Shown piece after piece: positions 9,377-16,686 of a DNA stretch of 64,000 nucleotides. How positions within the stretch are numbered: the first letter of the stretch is position 1; each line of letters starts with the position of its first letter. The stretch covers positions 7,131-71,130 of the forward strand of contig PLLM01000061.1 of the NCBI GenBank assembly GCA_003141275.1, in the 5' to 3' direction. The translations under genes were made by a program, and so were the position numbers. This DNA comes from Phycisphaerales bacterium. GTDB taxonomy: Bacteria > Planctomycetota > Phycisphaerae > Sedimentisphaerales > Anaerobacaceae. Under the pieces are notes generated by a model. The model did no database searches. It was not told the origin of the DNA and saw only the letters and a program-made list of their open reading frames with translations.

Positions 9377-9419
9377 GAGGGGACCTGCTTAGGGTGTGGG
9401 CGGGGCCCCTCTTTTTTTT
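9377..9419 (+). terminator. Orphan intrinsic-terminator-like hairpin plus T8
   Basis: 'gaggggacc' (9377-9385) pairs with 'ggggcccctc' (9402-9411): 8 bp with one mismatch and a 17-nt loop. It is followed directly by eight T (9412-9419). No plus-strand gene lies upstream. Confidence 0.55.
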
Positions 9420-9468
9420 CAGTTGTTCTCCCTTCTTAATTTTTAATTCTAACTTCTCAGTTCTGCGT

Positions 9469-10050
9469 TCATGCAAGGTTCAATCTCGCGAACTCGCCGT
9501 GGTATTTAATAGCGGCCCGGTCATGTGCCTTCGCGGCGTCGATTTCGTTATCAAATTGTCCTAACCATATTCTTTTACCCTGGAACCTGAGATAGGCAGT
9601 CCACTTGCCGGTTTTCTTGCTGAAACATACGCCGATAAATCGCGAAGAGGTTTTCGTCCGCGTCTTTTTTTTGTTGTAGGCGTTCTGAGCGTATGTCGCC
9701 AGGCGGAGGTTGTCCCTGCGATTATCGAGGGCATCTCCATTTTTATGGTCAACTAACAGGCCCGCAGGGGGGGTCATAATTTCCCTGTGCAAATATATGA
9801 TTTTCGAGCCACTCCAGTAATTACCCATAAACCGGATGGCCGTAAAAGATTTGCCGTTCGGTTTTGCGATCCAATAAAAATTATTCAGCCGATAGTAATC
9901 CGCCTCGTCAACAAGCGTGTATTTCCCTTCCGTCAGCACTATCCTGCGATACGTGTACCCGTATTTCCATTTCCGGTACATCACCGCTGGCCACGCGAAA
10001 ACCCTGTCCATCCATTCCGGTATCCCAATTGTTAAATTAACCCTCATCAT
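9469..10050 (-). CDS. HNH endonuclease with C-terminal AP2 DNA-binding domain (homing-endonuclease-like)
   Basis: HNH_3-type motif 'LVDHKNGDALDNRRDNLRLATYAQNAYN' is followed by the AP2/ERF-type 'FIGVCFSKKTGKWTAYLRFQGKRIWLGQFDNEIDAAKAHDRAAIKYHGEFARLN'. Confidence 0.85.
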   Translation of the reverse strand: MMRVNLTIGIPEWMDRVFAWPAVMYRKWKYGYTYRRIVLTEGKYTLVDEADYYRLNNFYWIAKPNGKSFTAIRFMGNYWSGSKIIYLHREIMTPPAGLLVDHKNGDALDNRRDNLRLATYAQNAYNKKKTRTKTSSRFIGVCFSKKTGKWTAYLRFQGKRIWLGQFDNEIDAAKAHDRAAIKYHGEFARLNLA

Positions 10051-10123
10051 TTATCCTTCTTGTCCTCGGGATTAGCTCCTTTGGTCTTCTGCCGGGGATC
10101 CACAAAACGAAATACGATATACG

Positions 10124-10156
10124 ACACGGAGCGAAGCGACGGGCCCGCTTCGGAAA
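10124..10156. repeat. 33-nt hairpin repeat, copy 1 (second copy at 18276..18308)
   Basis: 'acacggagcgaagcgacgggcccgcttcggaaa' is identical at both sites. It contains the stem cgaagcg/cgcttcg with a 7-nt loop. Confidence 0.85.
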
Positions 10157-10820
10157 GACTATCAACTACAGAGGAAAACGCTTCCTCTATAATTGGCGCA
10201 AACCGACGCCTTGCGTCGTCCTGAGCAAGGCCGATGTCGTTTCGGCCGCGTCGAAGGATCTGGCCATCGACTACCTTTCCCGTCCGCCGGAGAGATTACA
10301 CGTCTCTCTATAATTGGCGCAAATATGCGCGCTTTTGACGAAAATTCCGATTTTGGGGGTGCCTCGAAATGCACTTAAGTTGTTATGGTATAAGGAGTAG
10401 AAAATTTTTTCAGAATTTCGGATTTGGCCAAAAAACACCTGCGCGAAATCGGCGAACAAATGTATCATACAACTGTTTTATACAAGTGTTTTATGCGACT
10501 TTTTTAGTCCTGTTTTAAGTCCCTATTTCACAAGCAGTTACATCAAGAGGTCTGCGTGAAAAACGAGCAAAAAACAGGCCCAAAAATGACCCAAAAAAGG
10601 GGCTTAGCCACAGATTTCACAGATGAACACTGATCTATAACCGCTTAATAATAATGAAGTTGCGTCGTTTTTTTAATGTACCCATCCCGCCTGTTTTTTC
10701 ATGCAAAAATTCGCGCCGCAGTGAACCCGCCTTTGGCAGATTTACGCTAAAAAATGGGGGCGGGAAAAAATGGTTGCTGTCCACATTATTACTGCATTCC
10801 AGTTTTCTGTCTATTTACGT

Positions 10821-11447
10821 CTATTTTCCAGGGATGGGCCATTCGAACACAGGATTGTCAATATCAAATTTCATTTTACCTCTATCCCATACCATTTCAT
10901 ATATCCGCACTGAAACCTTTTGCGTGCCTTCTTCTTCTTTTTCTTCTGTTTTGAAAGCTTTCGGTATTACCCCGCCTACAGCGCTTACAAGCCCCGCCGT
11001 AGCTGTAATGGTTTCCGGGACCTTAGTATCCGTAGTTGCAGCAAGAGAGGTAAGCTGCCAGCCGTTAGCAAGCGTAATCTTCGTGTCGGATGTGCCGTTT
11101 CCCGGCTTAATTGTAATGCCATATTTTGTCCGCAGATCCGGCAGATAGATAATCTTTACCGAGTAACCATCTTTGTTAGTATTGGCTGTAATTGGGACTT
11201 GCTGTGTGACTTTTTCATTAATTTTAGTGCCATCCGGTTTTTCCGTTTTGGTTTCTGTGACCTTATCTTGATATTCCGTTGTCGAAATCCCACTGGTGAT
11301 AAGAAGATATGGCCTCGGCAGGTAATAAGGAATACCCGTATTCTTATCACCTAATTTTTTTACTTCGACAGATGAACCGCAGCTTGTAAGAAAAAGGGCC
11401 GGCATAACATATAACACGAGCAGGAACTTTGTAATTTTACTACACAT
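10821..11447 (-). CDS. Putative lipoprotein
   Basis: An internal ATG at 11447 gives 'MCSKITKFLLVLYVMPALFLTSCGSS', a signal peptide with lipobox L-T-S-C. The remainder is Thr/Lys-rich and beta-strand-like. The longer ORF-track start (11525) lacks a signal peptide. Confidence 0.65.
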   Translation of the reverse strand: MCSKITKFLLVLYVMPALFLTSCGSSVEVKKLGDKNTGIPYYLPRPYLLITSGISTTEYQDKVTETKTEKPDGTKINEKVTQQVPITANTNKDGYSVKIIYLPDLRTKYGITIKPGNGTSDTKITLANGWQLTSLAATTDTKVPETITATAGLVSAVGGVIPKAFKTEEKEEEGTQKVSVRIYEMVWDRGKMKFDIDNPVFEWPIPGK

Positions 11448-11618
11448 AGAACACTTCCTTTCACAAGCGGCACCTGACAACGAGTCCAGGGCAGCCCAAC
11501 ACAATTTATATTTCGACTTAGACACTTATATATAGGCGTAGAAGGGGGATTAAATGTTGATTGAAAAACCTGACAAAAAAGGGTAAAAAAGGGTCTTAAC
11601 CACGGATTAACACGGCTG

Positions 11619-11641
11619 GGAATGTCATAGCTAACGGTAGA
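11619..11641 (+). repeat. Left terminal inverted repeat of the IS
   Basis: 'ggaatgtcatagctaacggtaga'. The exact reverse complement is present at 14581-14603. Confidence 0.9.
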
Positions 11642-11697
11642 AGGAAATAAGGCCTACACTTAATATATTATGGCGTAGTATTTTACAAAGATTTAAC

Positions 11698-11724
11698 TTG
11701 CTTCCAGCCGAAATGGTGTATAAT
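11698..11724 (+). promoter_or_regulatory. Candidate sigma70-type promoter for the Panacea operon
   Basis: TTGCTT (11698-11703), a 15-nt spacer, then a consensus TATAAT (11719-11724) preceded by tg. It lies about 30 nt upstream of ATG 11752, which has a GGAAGGAAAAA leader. Confidence 0.4.
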
Positions 11725-11751
11725 GACCCAAAAGAGAGTTGGAAGGAAAAA

Positions 11752-12189
11752 ATGGCAAAACTAACTGCACAAGATGTAGCTAATTATTTCCTATCTCTTG
11801 TGGAGGAGGATTGCGGAGACGGCATATCTAATCTTAAATTACAAAAGCTCCTGTATTATGCGCAGGGTTTTAATTTGGCGATTACGGGGAAACCTCTTTT
11901 TGATGAACCTATTTTGGCTTGGCAACACGGCCCTGTTGTCCGTATTGTATGGAGACATTATAGTCTCCACGGAGCAAACCCTCTGCCAAGACCAAAAAAA
12001 TTTGACTTGAGCAAGTTTGACGCTCCAACAAAAGAATTACTCGGTGATATTTGGGAAATTTATGGGCAATTTTCTGCTTGGAAACTTAGGAGTTTAACCC
12101 ACGGTGAAAAACCGTGGATTGAAACAGAAAAAAAACAAGCAATTTCGCCTAAGTTAATGACGGCTTACTTCAAAACGCTTTTGAGCTAA
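11752..12189 (+). CDS. Panacea/DUF4065 domain protein (SocA/GepA-like antitoxin type)
   Basis: 'MAKLTAQDVANYFLSL..ISNLKLQKLLYYAQGFNLAITGKPLFDEPILAWQHGPVV..VW' is the characteristic DUF4065/Panacea N-terminal pattern. ATG at 11752 within the longer ORF-track frame. Confidence 0.8.
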   Translation: MAKLTAQDVANYFLSLVEEDCGDGISNLKLQKLLYYAQGFNLAITGKPLFDEPILAWQHGPVVRIVWRHYSLHGANPLPRPKKFDLSKFDAPTKELLGDIWEIYGQFSAWKLRSLTHGEKPWIETEKKQAISPKLMTAYFKTLLS

Positions 12190-12193
12190 TGCT

Positions 12194-12610
12194 ATGGGCG
12201 AAAAGTTTCGAAACAGGGAAACACAACAAAGCAAAAATATTACATATCAAACACACGGCGAATCAACTAATAAACTGCACCCCGCCTTTTGTCTAAGATA
12301 TTTAGAAAACTCAAAATATGGTTTCCCTAAAGGCAACAAAGATAGACAGGTTATTATTATGGGGGACATATATCAAATGTGTCAAAAACCGTGGCAAGAA
12401 ATAGTTATGACGCCAAGAAATAAAGGGGGGAAAGAACTTATAGCCCAAAACGCCATTTTAAGAACACCCCGTATGAGTATTTCTCCTGATGAACGCTATT
12501 TATCTTTTTATATTGGCGGAGACAAAGGAAGAATGGTTGGATGTCGCCGCGACAAAGTGTTTTATGTCTTTTGGTTCGACTTCGATTTTGACCTTTACGA
12601 CCACGGATGA
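12194..12610 (+). CDS. Hypothetical 138-aa protein, candidate toxin partner of the Panacea protein
   Basis: Starts 4 nt after the Panacea stop on the same strand. No family recognised by eye. C-terminal 'GRMVGCRRDKVFYVFWFDFDFDLYDHG'. Confidence 0.5.
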   Translation: MGEKFRNRETQQSKNITYQTHGESTNKLHPAFCLRYLENSKYGFPKGNKDRQVIIMGDIYQMCQKPWQEIVMTPRNKGGKELIAQNAILRTPRMSISPDERYLSFYIGGDKGRMVGCRRDKVFYVFWFDFDFDLYDHG

Positions 12611-12613
12611 CAA

Positions 12614-13609
12614 TTAAACGTTAATATCATCGGGGCTTGCCGGTGGCAATTGCTTTTGTTCCTCTTGTGGCTCTTTCCCTTTTGATTGTTTTTCCTGAGC
12701 TAATTTTTCGCTATATTCGATTAACGGCAAATCTTTCCACGGCGGAAGTGCCCTTTGTATCATTCGCTTAAAATCAGCCCAAGTCGATGCTGCTTTCATT
12801 AAAGCTGTAACGGCAAATATATGCTCTCTAAGTTTAGGATTACCAATATCATCGGTTAACCATTGGAAAAATTTACTTTTTCTTCTTCCTTTTACGTCTT
12901 TGGGGTTTTTCTTTTTTAGCTCGTCAAGGACCCCCGGTGCAAGACGTTCATATACTATATCATTTGTTAATTTGCCGACAAGAATTGGCCGTTTTACGGA
13001 AATAGGATGATACCTCCAGCCCCTCAAACGAAACAAATTTGCGTAAAAATCGTCAGGGAAAGTTTTGGCCCATTTTAGTTTTTCATCCGAAATAAACATC
13101 TCCAGTATTTCTGCAAGGGCTTGCCGAGTGCGGATATATTGATAACCAGTAGCCTCATCAACTAATGCAATAATCCCAACTTTAGCAAAAGACCTTACAA
13201 GAATTTCACATTGAGCTGCAATATGTTTTTGTTGACTGTTCAGAGTGCCTTCTTTTCTTGCTTCTAATACAACTTCGCAAATATCAGCAAGTATTGTTGC
13301 TTCAAAACCAGCCGCTTCGCCCCCAGAAGGTATTTTGAATTTAATGGGATTTGTGGTCCTGTTGTATAAGTCCTTGCTAACATAGGATTTAAGCGCATTT
13401 GTTCCCAAAAATTTAGTAAGTCGGTCCTCCCCCTTTGTGGTAGTTGTTTTGCCAGACCCACCACTACTCATATTTAGCGCAGAATACAGACCGCTTTTGA
13501 CTAATACCCTTTTCCCGTCCTCAAGAACATAGCAAGGAATTTCTACGTTGCCTATTCTTAATGGGCTATCAGGTGAACCATAAACCGCTTTTACTATTTC
13601 ATTTGCCAT
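12614..13609 (-). CDS. P63C domain-containing protein
   Basis: N-terminus 'VYGSPDSPLRIGNVEIPCYVLEDGKRVLVKSGLYSALN' matches my memory of the P63C domain family. Its start codon lies 1 nt after the transposase stop, so the two are translationally coupled. Confidence 0.7.
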   Translation of the reverse strand: MANEIVKAVYGSPDSPLRIGNVEIPCYVLEDGKRVLVKSGLYSALNMSSGGSGKTTTTKGEDRLTKFLGTNALKSYVSKDLYNRTTNPIKFKIPSGGEAAGFEATILADICEVVLEARKEGTLNSQQKHIAAQCEILVRSFAKVGIIALVDEATGYQYIRTRQALAEILEMFISDEKLKWAKTFPDDFYANLFRLRGWRYHPISVKRPILVGKLTNDIVYERLAPGVLDELKKKNPKDVKGRRKSKFFQWLTDDIGNPKLREHIFAVTALMKAASTWADFKRMIQRALPPWKDLPLIEYSEKLAQEKQSKGKEPQEEQKQLPPASPDDINV

Positions 13610-13610
13610 T

Positions 13611-14498
13611 TTATGCCGCTCCTAAACTCCTTTGAATTGTTAAACTGAACACATCCTCTTGTTCTCTGTGGTTATAACGATAACAAAATTCATCTACGTA
13701 TTTAGGCAAGTGTCTCAAGCTGACTTTGTGATACTGCCCTACAATACCTCGTTTAAGCAAAGCCCAAAACGATTCTATTGTGTTGGTATGAATATCGCCC
13801 CGGACATACCATATAGAATGGTCGATTGATTTGTGTGGTAAAATTCTGGACATACCGAGATAACTCCGATATTGGTCTGTCATCAAAATAGTGTTTTGAA
13901 TATCAACCTTTTCCCGGACAAGAGCCGAAAACTTTTTTAAGGTAAGGCGAGATTTTCCAAACACCTTTGCATAAACCTGCCCTTTTCTTTCGACCATACC
14001 GACGACTGGTATTTTGCTTGTTCCCCTGCCACATTTATGTTTTATATGCACATCTTTACCGCTACCCCGTCTGGGCTTGCCCCCGACATACGTTTCATCC
14101 ATTTCAACGATACCGCAAAGCAGATTACGATGCTCTGGCTGATACATAGCATCTCTTACCTGCATACCTATACGCCAAGCGGTGTTCCGATTGACTTTTA
14201 AGTGTCTTGCTAACTGTCGGGCCGAAATACCTTTTTTGGCGTTTAAAATTAAGGACACAGCAAGCAACCATTTTTGAAGGGGTAAACGCGTTCTATGAAA
14301 TATGGTTTTGACGGTAACGCCATAGCTGGTGTTGCAACTGTTGCAATGATAACGATGCTCTTTGGGCAGGGGTGTTTGCTTGCTCGATTTGCAGTAAGGG
14401 CAACGCGGCGTTCCTTGCCACCTGACTTTTTCTAAGTAAGCAATGCAATCGTCCTGTTTCGGAAACCTTGCGAACACTTCAAAAATATCCATTGTCAT
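13611..14498 (-). CDS. IS1595-family (ISXO2-like) DDE transposase
   Basis: N-terminal zinc-ribbon 'CPYCKS..YHCNSCNTSY', an HTH-like 'GISARQLARHLKVNRNTAWR', then the ISXO2-like core 'VEMDETYVGGK..MTDQYRSY..H..GDIHTNTIESFWALLKRGI.GQYHKVS..HLPKYVDEF.YRYN'. Confidence 0.9.
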   Translation of the reverse strand: MTMDIFEVFARFPKQDDCIAYLEKVRWQGTPRCPYCKSSKQTPLPKEHRYHCNSCNTSYGVTVKTIFHRTRLPLQKWLLAVSLILNAKKGISARQLARHLKVNRNTAWRIGMQVRDAMYQPEHRNLLCGIVEMDETYVGGKPRRGSGKDVHIKHKCGRGTSKIPVVGMVERKGQVYAKVFGKSRLTLKKFSALVREKVDIQNTILMTDQYRSYLGMSRILPHKSIDHSIWYVRGDIHTNTIESFWALLKRGIVGQYHKVSLRHLPKYVDEFCYRYNHREQEDVFSLTIQRSLGAA

Positions 14499-14580
14499 AG
14501 CCCTTAAATTCTATCTACCAGTATCTATGTAGAATTATAACCTGTGTTCGGCCAAAGTCAACAAAAATCTAAAATATTTT

Positions 14581-14603
14581 TCTACCGTTAGCTATGACAT
14601 TCC
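14581..14603 (-). repeat. Right terminal inverted repeat of the IS
   Basis: 'tctaccgttagctatgacattcc' is the reverse complement of 11619-11641. Confidence 0.9.
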
Positions 14604-14854
14604 GACACGGCTTTATAACTGCTTGTATATAAAGCACTTATATTGTTTTTTTTAACACGAAGAACACAGAGAAACACGAAGAAAAAAAATACATAAAACC
14701 TTTATCCGGCGTAGGCGGAAAATGGCCGGAGTTAAATTTATCGCGAAGCGCAGGGCAGGAATTCAAATCAAAAAGCAAATGGCAAAAGGCAAAAATGTGG
14801 TATCCCGGAGGGATGATTTTTACCGCGGCGGGAAAAAAACGGTAGCTGTTCCCA

Positions 14855-15820
14855 TTATTCCCCAATTCCAACAATATTTAAATTGCCTGCCGAGATAGTT
14901 ACAACCCTTTCCTTTGTTTTTAATAAAAAGTGGGCGTAATGTATTATGGCTTGTATATGTAAGTTATAAATTTCTAACTCGGTTTCTTTTTCTTTAATCT
15001 TTCCTATTTTTTGTACATCAACAGATTTAATGCCCTCTTTATTAGCAAGGGTATTATTGGGAGGGATCAAAGCGTTATTTGCCTCTGTAATTTTAGCAGG
15101 ATTATATCCTGAAAATTCGTTGAAGTCCTTGATATCGTTTATTCCGAGAGACATCAAATTTTCTATTCCCTCCATTCTGGATAAATACCAATCATGTGTA
15201 TTTTTGTCGATTAGTAATCTATTGAGTTTGTCTTTACTCAAGATTCTTGCATTATTTATAATCGCTGCGCCGTAAAAGTTATCTCCATATTTGTATACAC
15301 CATCTAATGTGATAGCATATCTCAATTCAATATTTCCTATTTTTGCGTGTAATCTTCTCATAAATGAATCGGAGTTATAAAACCGAACTATAGTAGCAAA
15401 TGTAAGAACAAACAAAACAGCGTGAATAGGCGTTTCCAGTATTTGAAAACCTCCGTCACCTGTGCTAATAAAATGATTATTTCGATCGATACGGTTGGCG
15501 TTATCTATATCCCCAAATTTGCGATAATGCTGAAATATATAAGAGTAATTTTCCGTTATTAACTCCCAAGTATGATTGTATATTAACGCAAATAAAGGGG
15601 GAATGAATATTTGCTTGTCTGCTGGAAATAAGCTATATTGATATATATCAATACCAACTACGGTATGTTTTTGACTTGTTAGTTTCAGTATTTCGGCCTT
15701 TTCCTCTTCTGTATATTCTTTGGGGTACTCTTCTTGTTTTTTGAATCGTACTCTCGGGAGAACGTTAAATTCAAACATTTTATTTAAAAGCTCTTTTTTT
15801 AATTCAGCGATATTTATCAT
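14855..15820 (-). CDS. Class III nucleotidyl cyclase-like (adenylate/guanylate/pyrimidine cyclase fold) protein with an unknown C-terminal domain of about 120 aa
   Basis: The palm-domain motifs occur in the right order. 'HTVVGIDIYQYS' is the metal-Asp strand (compare F.DI.GFT). 'FISTGDGGFQILE' holds the second metal Asp (compare K.IGDa). 'LRYAITLDGVYKYGDNFYGAAIINNARILS' compares with hG.v..G....d.wG..VN.AaRl. The gene is conspicuously AT-rich relative to its neighbours. Confidence 0.6.
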   Translation of the reverse strand: MINIAELKKELLNKMFEFNVLPRVRFKKQEEYPKEYTEEEKAEILKLTSQKHTVVGIDIYQYSLFPADKQIFIPPLFALIYNHTWELITENYSYIFQHYRKFGDIDNANRIDRNNHFISTGDGGFQILETPIHAVLFVLTFATIVRFYNSDSFMRRLHAKIGNIELRYAITLDGVYKYGDNFYGAAIINNARILSKDKLNRLLIDKNTHDWYLSRMEGIENLMSLGINDIKDFNEFSGYNPAKITEANNALIPPNNTLANKEGIKSVDVQKIGKIKEKETELEIYNLHIQAIIHYAHFLLKTKERVVTISAGNLNIVGIGE

Positions 15821-16137
15821 CTCTCAACCCTTGGCTAAGCAAAGCTTACTATCTTTTCTTTACCCCTGGAATAACCGGGGACACCATACTTATTTCCTTA
15901 TTATTTATAAAGCATTTACCGGACGGCAAAGTTGGTAGGCAAAGGTGCGTTTCTCTTTTTGCAGTATATTGTTAAACTGGAAAGAAAACAAGCATTTTTG
16001 TTCGCCACCAAGGCACTAAGGCACTAAGTTTTTCGACTTAAGTAAAAGACAGGACAGTGTTAATCTGTGAAATCTGTGGCTTGATTAAATCGTCAATCGA
16101 CATTCGGCAATCGGCAATTGCTTAATCCGCCTTGCCT

Positions 16138-16196
16138 GCCCCCGCGTCTCGTTTTGCGAAGCCCCGCCTTGCGGGAAGAATCAAAACGGCGGGGGG
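16138..16196. repeat. GC-rich palindromic element, copy A
   Basis: Starts with 'gcccccgcgtctcgttttg' and ends with 'aaaacggcggggg', which can pair. It encloses the small hairpin ccgc-ctt-gcgg. The same ends are found at 17099..17183. Confidence 0.6.
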
Positions 16197-16293
16197 TTGC
16201 AATTATCTTAATGGCAGGATAAAATCATTGGAAACCTGCGCCGTAAGCAGGGTATATGTGGAACAAACGCAGGATTATTCAGGAAGCGGGAAA

Positions 16294-16686
16294 ATGCGGG
16301 TAAACTATAAGATAATTCAAGCCAAAGATTTCATAAAGGCCAAACCCACCGGCCAGATAGACCTTGATGAGAGCAAAAAAATGCTCAGTCAACTTGCGCA
16401 GATGGAGGAATTAATCGGAGATCATGAGCTGCTGTTAGATTTGCGGGAAGTCCACAGCAACATGGATCATGCCGACCTGTTTGAGCTGATTCTTGAACTT
16501 GGGCGGCACAAGGAGGCATTCCGAAGTAAGATCGCCGTCATTGCAAGAGATGATGAGCAATTCAACAAAGCTGTTTTTCTGGAGATGTGCGCGAATATCG
16601 ACAAATTTACCGTTATGGCGTTCACCGATTTTGAAAAGGCAGCAAACTGGCTCCAGTCCGATGAGGGTCTGGAAGACCTGTTATAG
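16294..16686 (+). CDS. Hypothetical 130-aa protein (possibly STAS/SpoIIAA-like fold)
   Basis: ATG at 16294 after GGAAG. The upstream part of the ORF-track frame (16132-16293) runs through the GC-rich repeat and is not credible coding sequence. The fold guess rests only on the alternating beta/alpha pattern 'IDLDESKKMLSQLAQ..ELLLDLREV..ADLFELILEL..KIAVIARDDEQFN..FTDFEKAANWL'. Confidence 0.45.
   Translation: MRVNYKIIQAKDFIKAKPTGQIDLDESKKMLSQLAQMEELIGDHELLLDLREVHSNMDHADLFELILELGRHKEAFRSKIAVIARDDEQFNKAVFLEMCANIDKFTVMAFTDFEKAANWLQSDEGLEDLL

Larger units (their letters stand above)
11618..14604. mobile_element. IS1595-family insertion sequence carrying three passenger genes
   Basis: Perfect 23-bp terminal inverted repeats (11619-11641 and 14581-14603). 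An 8-bp direct duplication 'acacggct' lies just outside them (11610-11617 and 14605-14612). An ISXO2-like DDE transposase sits about 80 bp from the right end. Confidence 0.8.

Noticed and set aside
10654-11354. Plus-strand ORFs 10654..11148 and 10920..11354
   Set aside because: They are antisense to the lipoprotein gene, which has a proper signal peptide and lipobox. The peptides are Phe/Ser/Cys-rich nonsense.
14638-14874. 78-aa TTG-initiated hydrophobic ORF directly downstream of (and overlapping) the cyclase-like gene; considered as a tiny membrane effector
   Set aside because: Its hydrophobic C-terminus ('FFSSCFSVFFVL') is encoded by a copy of the dispersed cacgaag repeat that also occurs non-coding elsewhere. 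It is too short for a nucleotide-binding effector and has no RBS. It is kept only as a remark in the cyclase finding.
16132-16293. N-terminal 54 codons of ORF 16132..16686
   Set aside because: This stretch runs through the GC-rich palindromic repeat element ('PAPASRFAKPRLAGRIKTAGG'). A good internal ATG with a GGAAG leader at 16294 gives a compact 130-aa protein.
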